Notes under the pieces: generated by a model
Told to the model about the DNA's origin: nothing
What the model saw: only the letters and a program-made list of their open reading frames with translations
Database searches by the model: none
Assembly (NCBI GenBank): GCA_963733035.1
Contig: CAVTBU010000007.1
Location: 640,001-704,000, forward strand
Direction: 5' to 3'
Length of the DNA: 64,000 nucleotides
Source: Pirellulales bacterium
GTDB taxonomy: Bacteria; Planctomycetota; Planctomycetia; Pirellulales; PALSA-1355
Translations under genes and position numbers: made by a program
In this document: one piece after another, positions 60,869-64,000 of the stretch
Position numbering within the stretch: position 1 is the first letter of the stretch
How the letters are laid out: every line of letters starts with the position of its first letter

Positions 60869-63800
60869 ATGTCGAAGCAACTTTTAGCTGCCTGGATGTT
60901 CGTAATGGCGTGTGTCTCGGCGACTCGCGCGGACCAACCGGCCGCGGATGCCTTCGTGAAACTCGGCACCGAATACACCGAGCAAACGCACGCGCTGCTG
61001 GCGACATACTGTCTCGATTGTCACGCCACGGCGAGTCCCGAAGGAGAACTGGACCTGGAGCAATTCGCAAGCCTGGGAGATGTCCGCCGGCAGACCAGGG
61101 TTTGGCTCAAAGTGGCAGAGATGCTCGACAATGGCGAAATGCCCCCCAAGGACGCCGAACAGCCATCGGCCGAACAAAGGCAGCAACTGCGCGGCTGGGT
61201 CAAGCGGTATCTGGACGCCGAGGCGCTGGCCAGCGCCGGGGATCCTGGCCCGGTCGTGCTGCGGAGGTTGAACAATGCCCAATACACCTACACGGTTCGC
61301 GATCTGACCGGAGTCGCGCTCGACCCGGCGAAAGAGTTCCCGACCGACAGTGCCGCGGGCGAGGGCTTCACGAACACCGGCGCGGCGCTGGTTATGTCCC
61401 CTGCCCTGCTCACAAAGTATCTCGATGCCGGGAAAAAGATCGCCGAGCACGCGGTGCTCCTTCCAGATGGTTTCGGTTTTTCGCCCGCCACCTCCCGGCG
61501 CGACTGGACTAATGAAAGGCTGGCGGGCATTCGAGAGATCTATCGTCGCTATACCGAAGACGCCGGCGCCACCGAGGTGCACTTACAGGGGCTGGCCTGG
61601 GAAACAAACAAAGGCGGTCGCTTGCCGCTCGAAAAATATTTGAGCGCCACCCTTGCCGAACGCGAGGCGTTGGATGCCGGCAACAAGACGATTGCTGATG
61701 TCGCCAGCGCGCGGCCTGAATGCCAAGTACCTGGCGTCGCTATGGAATTTGCTGCACGCCGACGACGAGTCGCAACTCGTTGCCGCGATTCGCAAACGTT
61801 GGCGCACCGCTAAAGTCGAGGATGCCGGGGCACTGACGGCGGAGATTGCCCGTTGGCAGCAGGCGCTCGTCAACTTCCAAAGCGTGGGACACATGAAGTC
61901 GTGGATGCACCCCGTCGACCCACTCGTCGGCCGGCAAGAGGTGCGCGTCAAGATTTCGCAGCCAGCCAATGGAAATGAGGTAACGCTGTACCTGGCCGCG
62001 GGTACGGCGGCTGACGGTTCCGAGTCGGATCTCGTCGTCTGGGAAAGCCCACGGCTGGTTGCACCGGGCAGGCCAGACCTGCTGCTCCGCGACGTACGGA
62101 GCGTGGCTCACATCTTGGCTGGGCACCGCGAGCGTTTTTTTAAAGCGACCGCGCAAGCCCTGGTAGCCGTCGACGAGGTGGTTAGATCGAACGACGAGGC
62201 GAATGTCAGCGAATTGGCGAGGAAACACAAGGTTGACGACGATGTTCTCACCGCGTGGCTCAACTATCTGGGAGTCGGCGTGGTGGGTGAGTTGAAGCTC
62301 GAGCACTTGACCGGTCGCATCGAATCGTCGGCCGGATATGAATTTGCCAAAGGCTGGGGATCCAACGCAACGCCAAATCTTGTGGCAAACTCGTCCGATC
62401 AGCACGTGCGGATTCCCGGCAACCTCAAGCCACACGGCGTCGTCGTGCATCCCTCGCCCACGCTCTATGTGGCGGCGGGCTGGCAGAGCCCGATCACCGA
62501 CACGATCAAAATCGCCGGGCAAGTTACGCACGCCCATCCCGAGTGCGGCAATGGGGTTACCTGGACCCTGGAACTCATGCGCGGCCGCACTCGACAAACG
62601 CTGGCCAATGGTGTCGCAGCTGGCGGAAAACCAGTCGACTTTGGGCCGATTGAAAACCTTGCCGTACGAACGGGCGATCTTGTGTCGCTGCTTATCGGGC
62701 CGCGCGACGGCAATCACTCCTGTGATTTGACTGACATCGAACTAACGCTCGCGAGCATCGACGGCCAGAAGGCGTGGAGTCTTGCCGAGGATGTTTCCGG
62801 CGACGTGCTCGCGGGCAACCCGCACGCTGACCGGCAGGGCAACGCGGGAGTGTGGCATTTCTACACGCGCGCCGTGCAAGGGGGTGATACCGGGGCGACG
62901 ATCCCGGCCGGCTCACTCTTGGCACGGTGGCAAGCCGCGGCGTCGATCGCTGAAAAGCAAACGCTTGCCGAGCAGGTACAGACGCTTTTGACTGGAGGAC
63001 CGCCCGCAGAGCCAGACCACCCTGACGCCCAACTCTACCGGCAGCTTACGTCTCTTGGGGGCCCCTTATTTGCCGAAGCTCTGGCGGAATCCGTTGCGTC
63101 GACAAGCGCAGCCCCACTTGCCGCGGACGCCACGTTCGGTCTCGATCCGCGAAAGTTTGGCCATCGCGACGACGGGTCCGCAATCGAGCCGGCGAGTCTT
63201 TCAATGCGAGCGCCTGACGTTCTGGAAATTAAACTCCCGGCCGACCTGGTGGCTGATTCGGAGTTTATTGCAACGGCGGTCATCGATCCCACCACGGCGG
63301 CCAATGGAGCCGTGCAAGTCGTGGCCAGCCTGACGAAACCAGAGGATTTGGACTCGCTTCGCCCGGACGCGCCGGTTCTGGCGGCCGACGGAACGCCGGC
63401 CCGCAAACGGTTTGAACAGGCGTTCGCCGATTTTCGCGAGTGGTTCCCGCGGGCACTTTGCTACGTGCAAATCGTACCCGTCGATGAAGTGATCACCCTC
63501 ACGTTGTTCCATCGCGAGGACGAGCCGTTGCAACGGCTGATGTTGAGCGACGAGGAGCGGACGCAGCTCGATCGGCTGTGGACTGAGTTACACTTCGTCA
63601 GCCAGGATGCGTTTATGCGGGTGGATGCTTTTCAGCAACTTTTGGAATACGCCTCGCAAGACAGCGATCCGGGATTGTTCGAACAATACCGCAAGCCGAT
63701 TTATGATCGAGCAGCCGCCTATCGGCAGGAACTGATCGACGCTGAACCGCGGCAGCTGGAAAAGCTGATCGAATTTGCCGCCCAAGCCTACCGGCGTCCG

Positions 63801-64000
63801 CTTTCCGAGCAAGAAACTGCCGAGTTTCGAGCGCTCTACAAGGAACTTCGCGAGGAGGAATTGCCGCACGACGAGGCGTTCCGCTTCCTGATGGCTCGAG
63901 TGTTTGTATCGCCGGCATTTCTCTATCGATTGGAACAGGCCGCGCCGGGCACTGAGCCGGGACCGGTGTCTGACTGGGAACTGGCCAGTCGACTCAGCTA
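60869..64000 (+). CDS. Large planctomycete cytochrome c + DUF1587/DUF1595/DUF1592-type protein (indel near 61710; runs off window end)
   Basis: YCLDCH..GEMPP; LRRLNNAQYTYTVRDLTG; GFTN; after the frame change open to the end with AYRRP...SPAFLYR...WELASRLS. Confidence 0.87.

Overview
A ~64 kb GC-rich bacterial chromosomal segment, almost certainly from Planctomycetota (Pirellulales-like). The assignment rests on DUF1559 prepilin-like proteins, DUF1549/DUF1553/DUF1501/DUF1592-type cytochrome-c proteins, an SHD1 protein and an ftsZ-less dcw cluster. It holds housekeeping genes (eda, clpX, leuB, fdxA, cinA, aminotransferases, two Cu P1B-ATPases) and a reduced peptidoglycan cluster (murE-murF-mraY-murG-murC-murB-ddl-ftsQ-like). 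Two accessory loci stand out. (1) A putative iron/heme-regulated locus: hemP is divergent from a PEP-CTERM / DUF1559 pilin-like / His1 DUF4198-DUF3386 operon, both promoters overlap the same 21-bp palindrome (wATTGAGA-N5-TsTCAATw), and no TonB receptor or ABC transporter is present. (2) A FadR/GntR-controlled divergon joining an atypical YxxxM SDR and a fused E1 + E2 dehydrogenase complex to three planctomycete-specific exported proteins, two of which share a circularly permuted domain. There is also a three-unit hairpin repeat array with constant-length variable loops. About 14 genes-internal frameshifts are inferred, 13 at or next to GCGC, which points to systematic sequencing error at a methylated motif rather than pseudogenisation. 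No rRNA, tRNA, CRISPR array, transposase or integrase was recognised. Family assignments come from motif recognition by eye, not database searches.
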